Shown: positions 12,204 through 23,391 of the stretch, one piece after another
Layout: every line of letters begins with the position of its first letter
Position numbering within the stretch: the stretch's first letter is position 1
DNA from: Kofleriaceae bacterium
Lineage (GTDB): Bacteria; Myxococcota_A; Polyangia; Haliangiales; Haliangiaceae
DNA: 64,000 nucleotides
Assembly: GCA_965215005.1 (NCBI GenBank)
Contig: CBDCCZ010000061.1
Location: forward strand, 32,001 to 96,000
Reading direction: 5' to 3'
Made by a program: the position numbers and the translations under genes
The notes under the pieces: model-generated
What the model was told of the DNA's origin: nothing
Seen by the model: the letters and a program-made list of their open reading frames with translations, nothing else
The model's database searches: none

Positions 12204-14094
12204 ATGGGCCTGAAAACGCTGTGGGTCGTCGCCTCGTTCGCGGTTTGCGACCCTGCTGCAAGCGGCCGCCGCAAGCGCGTCGCCGCCGCAGACGTTTCCG
12301 CTCTCGCAGGTCAAGCGCGGCCAGAAGGGCTACGGCATGACCACGATGCATGGCCTCGAGCCCGAGCGCTTCGAGTTCGAGGTCATCGGCATCAATCGCA
12401 ACTTTCTGCCCAAGATGGACATCATCCTCGTCAGGTCCGAGGACCCCAAGCTCGCGGTCACCGGCTTTTGGCAAGGCATGTCGGGCAGCCCGCTGTACAT
12501 CGAAGGCAAGCTAGCGTGCGCGTTCTCCTATGGCTTCCGCTTCAACAAGGTCGCCATCGGCGGCTGCACGCCGATCGAGTACATGAAGAAGGAAGGCTTC
12601 GACACGCCGCGGCGAATCGAAGCGCAGGGCGCCACCGCGGTACCCCGATTGCCAGCGGGCAAGCGGGCTGTCGGCGCTGCGCCAGCCGCTACCATGGCCG
12701 ACTGGCTCGCGGTCGCGCCAGGTGGCGATGTCGACGCCGCGCTCGAGCGCCTCGGCAAGCCGCGCGAGCCCTGGCTGCTGCGCGCCCCACTCCCCAAGCT
12801 GCCGCGCAAAGCCACAGGCGATGACCACGGCATGGTCGCTGCCGCGGTGCCGCTGGCGATGAGCGGATTCACTTCGCCCGCCTTCGCGGAGGCCAAGTCG
12901 CTGATGGCCGACTATCCCATCGAGCCCATGCGCGCCGGCGGCACCGGCGATCCCAAAGCCGGCCCTGGCGAGTTCACCATGGGCGGCTCCATTGGCGTGC
13001 AGCTCATTCGCGGCGACATGTCCGCGACCGCCACCGGCACGGTGTCTTACGTAGACGGGCATCGGGTGCTGGCATTCGGCCATCCGATGTTTCAAGCCGG
13101 TGAGATCTACGCGCCCGTTGCGGTCTCCGAGGTTCACACCGTGATTCCGTCGGCGATGAACGCGTTCGTCATTGCCTCGCCAATGCGCGAGATCGGCGCG
13201 CTGGTGCAAGACCGGCAGTCGACCATCATGGCCGACACCAGCCTCAAGACGAGCATGATTCCCATCGATATCACCGTCACCACCGACCGCGGCCGCGGTG
13301 AAGTGGAGCGCGGCGACTTCCACGTCGAGGTGCTGAACAACCGTTTCATGACCGCAGGACTCGCCGGCGTCGCCGCGATGAACGCGGCGTCCTACTACCT
13401 GCCCGACCGCGATCACGCCACGGCGTACATGGAGTCGACGGTGCACGTGCGCGGTCACGAGCCACTGCACTTCGTCGACTACCTGTACTCGGAGGGAGGC
13501 GCCGAGCGCATGATTGGCGCCTCGCGCGGCCTACGGGTGCTCGTGCCGCTGCTCATGAACCCGTTCGCCCCCGTGCAGATCGAGCGCATCGAGCTCGACA
13601 TGAAGATCACCTATGCCACCAACTACGGCACCATCGAATCGCTGCGATTGCCCACCGCGACGCTGCAGCCGGGCAAGCGCAGCTATGTCGATGTGGTGCT
13701 GCGTAGCTTCGACAATCGCGAGCTGACGCGCCGGGTGCCGTTCAACGTGCCCGCTCGCCTCGCTGGCTCGATCATTCGCCTCGAGGTTAGTGCCGGCGAT
13801 TCGGCCACTCTCGATGCCGCGCCACCGGAGAACCTCGAGGATCTCCTGGCAGCGTTTCGCAAACTGCTACCCGGCAACGTCTTCGCGGTGACGCTCTACA
13901 GCGCAGAGGAAGGGGTCGCGCTCGAAGGGACGCTGGTGCGCGATCTGCCGCCAAGCGCCCTCGATCGCATCAAGACGGTGTCCTCGAGTGAACGCGGCCA
14001 GGTGTATCGGCCGATCGCTCGCTCGACGGCGCCAGCCAACTTGGTCATCAACGGCGATGAGAGTCTGCTCGTGAAAGTCGCGGAACGGCGCTAG
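12204..14094 (+). CDS. Secreted SpoIVB-like peptidase S55 (apparent +1 frameshift at 12244-12246)
   Basis: QGMSGSP catalytic-Ser motif, GTVSY...FGHP; deleting one T joins MGLKTLWVVASFAV to ATLLQAAAASASPPQTFPLSQV, giving a signal peptide. Confidence 0.85.
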
Positions 14095-14244
14095 CCGCGG
14101 TACCCTCGCTTGCACTGGCGTGCGACGTGGCACCAGACAGGAAGCGACCTCGCTCGCTTCGCAGGGGACGAGCCGAATCGCAGCTCTGGCCCCTCATAGG
14201 TCGTACTAGCTGTTCAACGCTCTGCTGCGAAAGGCTGAATTGTC

Positions 14245-16398
14245 GTGAAGCGCACCTCTTCCCGCGTGCTCGCAGCGGCGGCGCTGGCCGCCGGTACGTG
14301 CTTGCCGGCGCCGGCCGGCGCTGTCGTTACCGATACCTGGTCGGTGGCCTCGTACGAGGACTTCGACGAGGGCGAAGCCAACAACTCGTTCATCACCTCG
14401 CTCGGAGAGGTTCGCGCCGGTTGGGAGACCAAGCGACTCGAGATCGCCGCCGGCAGCGTTTGGTCCGCGGTGCGCGGCACCGACGGCACGGTGTATCTCG
14501 GAACCGATGACGAGGGCACGATTCTGCAAGTGCGGGATGACGCCGTCACCAAGCTCGCCAAGATTCCCGACGTGCTCGCGGTGGTGTCGCTAGCGGCCGG
14601 CTCGGGCGGCACGCTCTACGCCGGCACCATGCCCGGCGGCCAGGTCTGGAAAGTGAGCCCCGGCGGCAAGGCCGAAAAACTGGCCACACTCGAAGACGCC
14701 GAAACCGTCTGGGCGCTGACCACCAGTGCCGATGGCCGCTCGGTGTACGCCGGCACCGGCCCCAAAGGAGAGCTTTTCGAGGTCGACGCGACGTCCGGGA
14801 AGGCCCGCGTTGCGCTCGCCACCGACGACAAACGCATCGTATCGCTTACCCGCACCAGCGACGGCGCCATCTGGCTCGGCACCTCGGAACGGGCCTTGGT
14901 ATTCCGCTACGACCCCACGCGCAAGCGCGCTCGCGCCATGGGCGATTTTGCTGGCAACGAAATCACTGCAATTGCGCCTCTTGCAAGCGGCGTGGTGGTG
15001 ACGGCCAACGATCTCGAAGAGCCGACGACCACCGACATCAAGACCAAAGCTGCCGTCGAGAAAGCCGAGAAGGAGCCCGACGAGGGGCAGAAGCCCGATA
15101 TGCCCAAGACCGGCACCGCGCCCGGTGCCGAGAAAGCGACTCCAGAAGGCGCTAAGATCGCCCGCAAAGGCGGCCGCAAAGGCAAAGGCGCGCTGTATCG
15201 CATCGGCGGTGACGGCCGTCTCGACCAGCTCCACGCGCTCACGGCCACCTACTTCACCTCGCTTGCGGTCACCGACGATGGCGACATCTACGCCGGAGCC
15301 GGTGACAAAGGGCGAGTGTACTTGGTTAGTAGCGACGACAGCGTCGCCACCGCCTTCGACGTCGACGAGCGGCTCATCGCCGCGCTGCTATGGGACCCAA
15401 AGCGCGGCCTCTCATTCGCTAGCGCCGATTCATCGGCGTTTTATCGCACCGTAGGTGCCGCCAAGCGAGCGATCTATGAGTCGAAGGTGTTCGATAGTAA
15501 GGCGCCAGCGCGCTACGGCAAGATCGTCTGGTTTGGCGAAGGAGATATCGCGGTGCAGACCCGTACCGGCAACACCGCCACCCCCGGCAAAGGCTGGAGC
15601 GAGTGGGCGCGACCGACCGGCGTAGTGCGCGGAGGCGGCTCGAGCCAATACGGCCGCATTGCCAATCCCAGCGGCCGCTACGTCCAGTTTCGCGCCAAGC
15701 TCGGTGGCAAAGGCAGCGGCGAGGCACGGCTGCGGAAAGCGGCGGTCTACTACTTGCCGCAAAACCGAGCCACCGACATCACCGATATCGCCGTGCGCGT
15801 CGGCAGCAAGAAGGACCTCGTCACCATGGAGAGCGGTCCGGTCGAGCCGCGTAGTCCCGTGACCGAGCTCAAGTGGAAGGTCGAGAACCCGGACGACGAT
15901 GAAACGGTCTATCGGCTCGAGGTTCGGCGCGAGGGCGAGGTGCTGTGGCGCGAGGTTCCCACCGGCAAGAAGAACTTCACCGCCACCAGCTTTGAGTGGA
16001 ACACCGAAACCTTCGCCGACGGCTACTATCGATTACGCGTCACCGCCAGCGACCGGCGCGCCAACAGCGCCGACCGCGCCCGCCAGACCCATCGCGTCAC
16101 TCACCTGTTTCTCGTCGATAACAGCAAGCCGCGCATCGACGGCATCAGCATCGACTATCCGGTCGCAACCGCGCGCGCATCGGACTCGATGAGCGCGATT
16201 TCCGAAATGGCCTTTTCCGTGGACGACGGGCCATGGCAATTGGGCACCACCCAGGACGGTTTGTTCGACGATCCGGCGGAGCTGTTGCGTATCGCACTGC
16301 CAGCGGACTTGCAGCCGGGGCTCCATACGCTGTCGATCCGAGTCGCCGACGAGGCTGGAAATCTGGCCTCGGCGACCGCGTCGTTCCGCACCCGCTAA
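14245..16398 (+). CDS. Secreted beta-propeller (WD40-like) protein with C-terminal Fn3/Ig-like domains
   Basis: Signal peptide; repeated LYAGT..G.V / VYAGTG.KG.L blades; DGYYRLRVTASD and VADEAGN Ig-like ends. Confidence 0.8.
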   Translation: MKRTSSRVLAAAALAAGTCLPAPAGAVVTDTWSVASYEDFDEGEANNSFITSLGEVRAGWETKRLEIAAGSVWSAVRGTDGTVYLGTDDEGTILQVRDDAVTKLAKIPDVLAVVSLAAGSGGTLYAGTMPGGQVWKVSPGGKAEKLATLEDAETVWALTTSADGRSVYAGTGPKGELFEVDATSGKARVALATDDKRIVSLTRTSDGAIWLGTSERALVFRYDPTRKRARAMGDFAGNEITAIAPLASGVVVTANDLEEPTTTDIKTKAAVEKAEKEPDEGQKPDMPKTGTAPGAEKATPEGAKIARKGGRKGKGALYRIGGDGRLDQLHALTATYFTSLAVTDDGDIYAGAGDKGRVYLVSSDDSVATAFDVDERLIAALLWDPKRGLSFASADSSAFYRTVGAAKRAIYESKVFDSKAPARYGKIVWFGEGDIAVQTRTGNTATPGKGWSEWARPTGVVRGGGSSQYGRIANPSGRYVQFRAKLGGKGSGEARLRKAAVYYLPQNRATDITDIAVRVGSKKDLVTMESGPVEPRSPVTELKWKVENPDDDETVYRLEVRREGEVLWREVPTGKKNFTATSFEWNTETFADGYYRLRVTASDRRANSADRARQTHRVTHLFLVDNSKPRIDGISIDYPVATARASDSMSAISEMAFSVDDGPWQLGTTQDGLFDDPAELLRIALPADLQPGLHTLSIRVADEAGNLASATASFRTR

Positions 16399-16474
16399 CG
16401 AGGGATCAGCGCCGGCGGAGATGCCGACTCCTCGAGGCACCTCTGCGCCGTCGCGCGGGGGGCATGGCTGCAAA

Positions 16475-18241
16475 TCAGCGGCTGCTGCGGAGCGGATAGC
16501 GCACGCACGGCTCGAGCGGCGTTCTATCCGGTCGCTTGGCGCAGACGTGCACGAAGGTCGGATAGACGGTGACCATCACATAGTGGTGCTCACTGGCGAC
16601 GAACTGCATCCCGTCTTCGCGCGCGCATCGCGGCCGCCCGCGGATGCCGCAGGTCACCGGATACAGCGGCGCGCCCCCTCCGCCGGATACCACGTACGCC
16701 AGGCCATTTTTCTGGCCGCGCTGATATAGGTGGTCGTGACCGGTGAAGAGTACCGTCGCGCCGGCTTTGGCCAGAAGCGGCGCGTAGAGCGCAGCAGCAA
16801 CCTCATTGCCGCCGTGCAGCCCGCGCGAGTACGGCCCATCATGGGCCACGGCAAAGATGGCGCGGGCGCCGCGGGCGCTGTCGAGCTCTGCCTCGAGCCA
16901 TGCGAGCTGTTCCGGGTGCTCTAGCGAATTCGAGTCGAGCATCACGAAGTGCACGCCGGCAATAGCGAAGGCATGCCAATGCCCCCACGGAGGTCGCGAT
17001 GCAGGCCCCGGCCACAGCGCGAAGACATCGCTCATGCGCCGCTGCTGATCGCCGGCCTTGCCGAGGTCGTGGTTGCCGATGGCTGGGTAGTAGGGAGTGC
17101 GCGCCAAGAGCGGCTGCGCGATCGCAAAGAACCGCTGCCAGTCGGCCTCATCGCTGCCGCGCAGCACCAAATCGCCGGTCACGAGCACGAAGTCGGGAGC
17201 TTCGGCCAAGATGGCCGCGGTGAGCTGCTCGTGAACGCGATGGCCACCACGCACATCGCCAAAGACGGCGAAGCGAAGCACCGCGCCAGCAGCGGGGACG
17301 GTGTGAAACGACGACTCGGCGACCTGCTTGCCGTCGGCGTGGACGCGGTACGGCACCGCCGCCGCGACCGGCAAGTCGTCGAGCACCAGCTCATGCCGCA
17401 CTGCCAAACCGCCCGCGGCGGAGACAGCGGTGCGCTCTTGGCCATGGGCGCCCACGAAGGTCACCGCGCCTGTTACCGGCAGATCCGTCTCGAACACCAC
17501 GGTCGCGGAGGTCGAGCCAACCCGCTGCACGAGCGGTCCCCGCACCAGCCGTGACGGCGCAGCAGCGGCGAGCTCGAGGTCGAGCTCGGGCGCGAGCCGG
17601 TCGGCAGCAGGACGGACCTCGACGGCGAGCAGGTTGGCGCCAGAGGTGAGCAGTCCCGGAACCACCGGAATGTGAAACGTCTCCCATTCCGGGCCGTGTG
17701 CTCGCTCGGCGGGCTCCATGGGGCCGGCATCCGTGATGTTGCGGCGCGCGACCTCGCGACCATTGAGGTACGCGACCAGCCCATCTCGGTATCGCACCCG
17801 CAGCTGCACGGCCTCCAGCTGCGCGACTTCAGCGCCCACAGTGAACGGTGCCGCGACTCGCACGGCAGCGATGCGCTCGCGGTCGGTGTCGCCAATCGCC
17901 GTGGCGCAGTCGCCGCATTGGCCAGCAGGTCCAGCGGCAAGCGGCAGCCTCGCCTCGCGGGCTTGCGGCGGCACCCGGAGCGGCCAGTCGGGCGACTCAT
18001 GAGTCGGGTCGCCAAGCAGCGCAGGCACCGCGACGGCGGCACCCTGCAGCCGATCGAGCCACGCCAGCGCCACCGGCCCCAGTTGCCGCGCCGGCAACGG
18101 CGCCGCGGCGACCGTGTACACCACCTCGCTCCCGGCGGCTACGTAGACACGCGGAGCCTGAGCATCCGCCCCGCCATCTCGCGCCATCAGCACCAAGGAG
18201 AGAAAGCCCGCGCATGAGGCCAGCTGAACACCGCGCATCAA
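16475..18241 (-). CDS. Secreted purple-acid-phosphatase-like metallophosphoesterase with an N-terminal beta-sandwich domain
   Basis: GD, TGDLV, GNHD and GHDHLY calcineurin-like motifs; DG..AYLNG.EV...GANLLAVEV jelly-roll segment. Confidence 0.85.
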   Translation of the reverse strand: MMRGVQLASCAGFLSLVLMARDGGADAQAPRVYVAAGSEVVYTVAAAPLPARQLGPVALAWLDRLQGAAVAVPALLGDPTHESPDWPLRVPPQAREARLPLAAGPAGQCGDCATAIGDTDRERIAAVRVAAPFTVGAEVAQLEAVQLRVRYRDGLVAYLNGREVARRNITDAGPMEPAERAHGPEWETFHIPVVPGLLTSGANLLAVEVRPAADRLAPELDLELAAAAPSRLVRGPLVQRVGSTSATVVFETDLPVTGAVTFVGAHGQERTAVSAAGGLAVRHELVLDDLPVAAAVPYRVHADGKQVAESSFHTVPAAGAVLRFAVFGDVRGGHRVHEQLTAAILAEAPDFVLVTGDLVLRGSDEADWQRFFAIAQPLLARTPYYPAIGNHDLGKAGDQQRRMSDVFALWPGPASRPPWGHWHAFAIAGVHFVMLDSNSLEHPEQLAWLEAELDSARGARAIFAVAHDGPYSRGLHGGNEVAAALYAPLLAKAGATVLFTGHDHLYQRGQKNGLAYVVSGGGGAPLYPVTCGIRGRPRCAREDGMQFVASEHHYVMVTVYPTFVHVCAKRPDRTPLEPCVRYPLRSSR

Positions 18242-18439
18242 GCCATCGTACGAGCATCGCCCGGCCGCGCCAACTGAACCCTTCGACGGCAGGTGCCACG
18301 ACTCAGCGCGGACCGCCGGTCGCCGCGCGCCCCAAGGCCTGGAGGTCAGCTGGTCAACGCCGCCATGAGTGCCGTGGGTGCGGCACGACCCGCACCACGC
18401 CCCGAGTGGCGATGCTTCGCAACGTCTGCCGCGTTGAGA

Positions 18440-18769
18440 CTAGGCGCGCTTGGCGCGACGCTCTGCGGCGCGAGTCAGGTCGAACAAGCGCGGCAGGGAA
18501 TAGCTGCTCAGCTTGGTCTTGTAGTCCTCGTCCTTGCTCCTGCCCTGAGCACCGACGAGCTTGTCGATCAGCGCTGCCTTGCCGCCCTGTTCTTTGACGG
18601 CTTGCGAAACCTTCATGAGCCGCAAGAGCTGCTTATTGGACGCGGTCTTGAGGCGCTCCTTGAGCTCCGCCTCATCGCCTTGCTCGAGATTGCTGGTGAG
18701 TTGGTCGACCAACTGCTCTTTGCTGCCGTACTGCCGCTTCATAGCGGCCATGGGGGTCTCTTTTGCCAT
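18440..18769 (-). CDS. Small basic helical protein with an internal two-fold repeat
   Basis: GAGGAG RBS; K/E/L-rich; repeated K..G.K..L.D.L...L...S...L..L pattern. Confidence 0.75.
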   Translation of the reverse strand: MAKETPMAAMKRQYGSKEQLVDQLTSNLEQGDEAELKERLKTASNKQLLRLMKVSQAVKEQGGKAALIDKLVGAQGRSKDEDYKTKLSSYSLPRLFDLTRAAERRAKRA

Positions 18770-18780
18770 TGTTCAGCTCC

Positions 18781-19863
18781 TCAATTTGCGGACGCGGGTC
18801 CGGCATCCTGCCCAGGTCGAGCACGAGAGTCAATCTTGGACAGGAGCTGTTTCACCTCAGCGTCGCTGAGGGAGACACGCAAATACACTGTAGCGGCCTC
18901 CGCGTCTACCTCGAGCTTGCTCACCAGCGGCCCCAAGCTTAGCGTTTGTGCCACCGTCGCCAGCAACGCCATCTGTGGCTTCATGAAGGATACTGCGGCG
19001 TTAGCGTCTTGCTCCGAGGCCATTAGCACCCCTAGCCGGGCGCGCACCCCGTCGCTCAAGTCAAGCTCACCAAACATCGCCGCTGGTGGCGCCGCGACCT
19101 GCCGCTCGGTGAGAGTCACGATTCCCTGCCCCACCGCGGGATCCACCTGCCCCACAGCCCAAAGCCCCGCCTTCTCGTCGATTCGGCCCAGGAGCGGACC
19201 GAGCGGGCCCTTGCGCACGTCGCTGCCGGGGCTGAGGGCCTGCACCAGCCAGTCTCGCGAAGCGCTCACCACCAGCGTGTCCTCGGCGCCAAAACCAAAC
19301 CACAGCGGCCGCTTCCGGTCGGGCTGCTCGACGCGATACAAGGTGCGGCCAGCGAGGGTTTTGGTGGTTAGGCGCCCCCCGGACTCCGCCATCAACCGGG
19401 TGATGCAGCTTGCGAGCGCCGGCTCCGAAAACGATCCAGCGAGCACCATGAGAACCTGATCCGTTGGCGCCGTGGGTTGCGGTAGCGCGCCCATGGCGAG
19501 CAGCACCGAGTGCGTATCGCCGGGAACCTCGAGCTTGCACCCCTGCAAGATGGCCATCGCGCGATCGCGCAGCTCCGGGTCGCGCAGGAACATTTGCTCG
19601 ACCGCACGAGTCACCAGTGGTGACTGCGCCAGCTGCTTGACGTCGGCGCCCACCAGCACCCGCGCGTCTACCGGGATGGCCGCGAGCCCGAGAATGGGCC
19701 GCGGCCCTCGGCGCTTGCCCCGCTCATCATTCTTGCAGCCGGCCTGCGCCACCAGCCCGATGAGCAGGCTGGTGACGAGCACGCAACGCAGGCGCACGGA
19801 AACCGAAGAGAACCGCGCCCGGAAACGCTCCCGGTCGGGCCGAGCGAACGCGGTCGCCTTCAC
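18781..19863 (-). CDS. Lipoprotein of unknown function (paralog of the neighbouring gene)
   Basis: Lipobox AQAGC; IP..A..LVG motif shared with 19871-20845. Confidence 0.7.
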   Translation of the reverse strand: MKATAFARPDRERFRARFSSVSVRLRCVLVTSLLIGLVAQAGCKNDERGKRRGPRPILGLAAIPVDARVLVGADVKQLAQSPLVTRAVEQMFLRDPELRDRAMAILQGCKLEVPGDTHSVLLAMGALPQPTAPTDQVLMVLAGSFSEPALASCITRLMAESGGRLTTKTLAGRTLYRVEQPDRKRPLWFGFGAEDTLVVSASRDWLVQALSPGSDVRKGPLGPLLGRIDEKAGLWAVGQVDPAVGQGIVTLTERQVAAPPAAMFGELDLSDGVRARLGVLMASEQDANAAVSFMKPQMALLATVAQTLSLGPLVSKLEVDAEAATVYLRVSLSDAEVKQLLSKIDSRARPGQDAGPASAN

Positions 19864-19870
19864 GAAGGGT

Positions 19871-20845
19871 CTACTGGCCGCCCAACTGCGACATGATCAT
19901 CGCCCCGATGAACTGCATCTGCGGGTCGGTCTTAGCGGTCTCGATGAGCTCATTGACGTCACTATCGCTCATGACGAGGTCGAGAACGATGTCTTGCCCG
20001 TTGGCCTGCACCGACAACTTGCTGAGGTACTTGCCGACCGGCGTTGCCTTCACTGCCTCGAGCTGCTGATTCATCTGCGTGACCATCGACTGTGCCTCGC
20101 TGGCCTCGGTCATCGTGGCCTTCGCATCGATATCGATGCCCTGGGACAAGTCGAGGTCGAACGTGGCCGACTGGAAGCTCACCGGCCCCTCCGCCACGTC
20201 ACCCTTGACCACCGACCAGACAGCCGCTTTGGTATCGACCGTGCTCGCCAGCTGCATGAAGGCGGCACTGGACTGCAGCGAGTCTTTGTTGCTCTTGAGA
20301 GCTGCCAGCTTGGTCGAGTCGTACTTTGGACCACCGATGAACGTGTCGTTGTCGAGCCAGATGAACGCCATCGGCTCGCCATCCGACGTGATGGTGGTGA
20401 CGTCGCCGTCGTTGGCAACGGCGAACGTCTTGTCGTCGTTGGCTTCGGCTGCCGCGCCCTGCGCGCACTTGTTGAGCGTCTCGCGCTCGAGCCCGTCGAC
20501 GAGAACCACCATATCCTCCGCCTCCGCGTCGATGATGGCGAAGGTGAGCGAGTCGACCTCCTCCATCGGATCGAGCCCGCAGTAGGCCTTGAGCTTGGTC
20601 AGCTCTTGCGAGGCATTCTCATCGATCATCGGCTTGAAACGCTTGTACAGCGCACTGCTCGTGATGCGATCGAAGTTCACGCCGACCACCATCTTTGCAG
20701 TGCTCGGAATCAGCGCGAACGCCGAGCTAGCCTCGGTTGCCGGAGCGCCTTCGGTCTTCTTCTTCTCGTCTTTTTTGCAACCACCAGCCGCGAGCGCCGC
20801 GGCTGCAAAGAGCGCGGCTAGGCCGAGCGTCGTGCGTTTCGCCAT
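19871..20845 (-). CDS. Lipoprotein of unknown function (DUF3352-like)
   Basis: GGAGGA RBS; signal MAKRTTLGLAALFAAAALAAGGC; strong GC3 bias. Confidence 0.78.
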   Translation of the reverse strand: MAKRTTLGLAALFAAAALAAGGCKKDEKKKTEGAPATEASSAFALIPSTAKMVVGVNFDRITSSALYKRFKPMIDENASQELTKLKAYCGLDPMEEVDSLTFAIIDAEAEDMVVLVDGLERETLNKCAQGAAAEANDDKTFAVANDGDVTTITSDGEPMAFIWLDNDTFIGGPKYDSTKLAALKSNKDSLQSSAAFMQLASTVDTKAAVWSVVKGDVAEGPVSFQSATFDLDLSQGIDIDAKATMTEASEAQSMVTQMNQQLEAVKATPVGKYLSKLSVQANGQDIVLDLVMSDSDVNELIETAKTDPQMQFIGAMIMSQLGGQ

Positions 20846-21013
20846 GAGTTGATTCCTCCGAGTCGGTAACGAGCAGATGCCGTGAAACCAGCTGGTTGTA
20901 ACACGCCCGATCGACCACGCAAGATCGCCTCGTGCAGCAACCACGGCAACATCTGTAACGATGCGGCGACAATCACGAGTCGTCGGAGGGATCCACTATG
21001 CTGTCGGGCTCTC

Positions 21014-21664
<651 letters not shown>

Positions 21665-21667
21665 TGC

Positions 21668-22609
21668 TCAGGCCACTGCCGCGGCAACCTCGGCCAACGT
21701 CTTCATCTCCCAATCGAGCGCCAACCGATCGAGCGTGGCCTCCAACGCGCGCAGCTTGATCCGCAACGGCACGCGCAGATCCGGCTGGCGAGCCACGAGC
21801 ACCCCCGGAATCCCATCGACGTCGGCATCACAGAGATCGATCCCGTGGAGCTCGAAATTGAAAAACGGCCGCTGGCGCATCGCTTCGAGCCAACGCGCGC
21901 GCAGCCACACCGGCGCGAGCAACAGCGAGGTGCCAATCACCGGGGTGCGCGCACCGGGCGTGACCGCAATCGGCAGCTCGACCAAGGATGCGCCGCCGCG
22001 TCGCCAGGGCGCCCGCAGATCGGGACGATAGGGCACGGCCGGCGCCAGCAGCGCGCGCGGGTTGGTTAGCACCGCGCCGCTGCGGCGGCCCACGGCCCGT
22101 AGCGCGCCCATGACCGCGGCTTTGGCGAGGTAGTACCCAGGAGCCGGAAACATCGACGAGTCGTAACGGTAACCGCGGGCTACCAAGTGCACCAGCATGT
22201 CGCCGGAAAGGTCGTACCCAGGCGCGCGAAATCCAACGATGGGCGCGCCGGTAAGCTGCCGGAGCAGCGCGTCGGCGCGGTCGATTTCGGCGTGCATTTG
22301 CGGTACAGGCAGCCGCGCCAGCTCGTAAGGATGACTGTGCGAGTGATTGCCGAGCTCGTGGCCGGCAGCAGCGAGCTCGGCAAGCTGCGCGGCAGCGGCG
22401 CGCGCGCTGCTGCCGCGGGCGGGATCGACGTCATCGCCAATGACGAAGAACGTGGCGCGTAACCCGCGACGCGCGAAGAGCTCGGCGAAGCGCGGCACGC
22501 AGCGGCGCAAGACGATGTCGCGGAGCTCCGGTGGCGCCGGCCCAAGCCCATGAATCCGGTAGTAACAAGGGATCGGATCCAGGTCGATGGACACCGCGCA
22601 GCTCGGCAT
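21668..22609 (-). CDS. Polysaccharide deacetylase (CE4/NodB-like)
   Basis: [25 protein letters not shown] and YDSS motifs. Confidence 0.88.
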   Translation of the reverse strand: MPSCAVSIDLDPIPCYYRIHGLGPAPPELRDIVLRRCVPRFAELFARRGLRATFFVIGDDVDPARGSSARAAAAQLAELAAAGHELGNHSHSHPYELARLPVPQMHAEIDRADALLRQLTGAPIVGFRAPGYDLSGDMLVHLVARGYRYDSSMFPAPGYYLAKAAVMGALRAVGRRSGAVLTNPRALLAPAVPYRPDLRAPWRRGGASLVELPIAVTPGARTPVIGTSLLLAPVWLRARWLEAMRQRPFFNFELHGIDLCDADVDGIPGVLVARQPDLRVPLRIKLRALEATLDRLALDWEMKTLAEVAAAVA

Positions 22610-22611
22610 CG

Positions 22612-23313
22612 TCAACCCTTGAAGCGAATCGTATACGTGAGCGTCGCCAGTCCTCGCAAAACGTCGGGCACGCGGCGCATCAAGTTGATCGCCGGCCGCC
22701 GCTTCTCCGCGACGCGCACCGGAATCTCGACCACTCGCTTGCCCTCGCGATAGGCGCGGATGACGAACTCGCTGGCGAAGAGGTCGCGTTCGATAACGCA
22801 CCGCCGCGCCGTGTCCACCAACCGCTCGCGGCGAAATGCCTTGAGCCCATGGGTATCGGTGCCGCGAAAGTCCAGAGCGACGCGAAACATGCCGTTGATG
22901 ACGCGCGTCGCGGCTCGGCGCAACGCCGGGCGCTCATCGTGGGCGCCTTTCATCACTTTCGAGCCAATGACCATATCGGCGTTGCCATGCTCGAGTAGAT
23001 CCATGGCGCGACGATAGAAGTCGGCGTCGCAAAGGTCGATCTCGTCGCAAATGACGTACGTGCCGCGAGCGCGCAAAATGCCTTCACGCAGGGCCTTGCC
23101 GTAGTTCGGCGCATCGCAAGAAAACATCTGCACCGCGGGGAGCTCGGCGCTCAGGCTCTGAGCAATCTCGACGGTGCGGTCGCTGCTGCCGTTTTCGGCC
23201 AAGATCAGCTCCCAGTCCCACTCGAAGCCGCGGAGCTCAGCGGCGAGCTCACCCACTGCTTCGCGCAGGATGCCTTCCTCGTTGTAGATTGGGATGACGA
23301 TCGAGACGTGCAT
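22612..23313 (-). CDS. Glycosyltransferase family 2 (polyprenol-phosphate glycosyltransferase/DPM1-like)
   Basis: [26 protein letters not shown] and DT.GLKAFRR motifs. Confidence 0.88.
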   Translation of the reverse strand: MHVSIVIPIYNEEGILREAVGELAAELRGFEWDWELILAENGSSDRTVEIAQSLSAELPAVQMFSCDAPNYGKALREGILRARGTYVICDEIDLCDADFYRRAMDLLEHGNADMVIGSKVMKGAHDERPALRRAATRVINGMFRVALDFRGTDTHGLKAFRRERLVDTARRCVIERDLFASEFVIRAYREGKRVVEIPVRVAEKRRPAINLMRRVPDVLRGLATLTYTIRFKG

Positions 23314-23391
23314 CAGCGGTCGCGTTCTAACACATCCCGTGCAAGGCTCGTGGACTCGCTCGTCGCGTGAGTCGTGACGGGGTTTCGGCCG

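Noticed and set aside
20886..20897. 12-bp palindrome AACCAGCTGGTT in a divergent promoter region
   Set aside because: A 12-bp palindrome can occur by chance in 64 kb; no second copy or cognate regulator was seen
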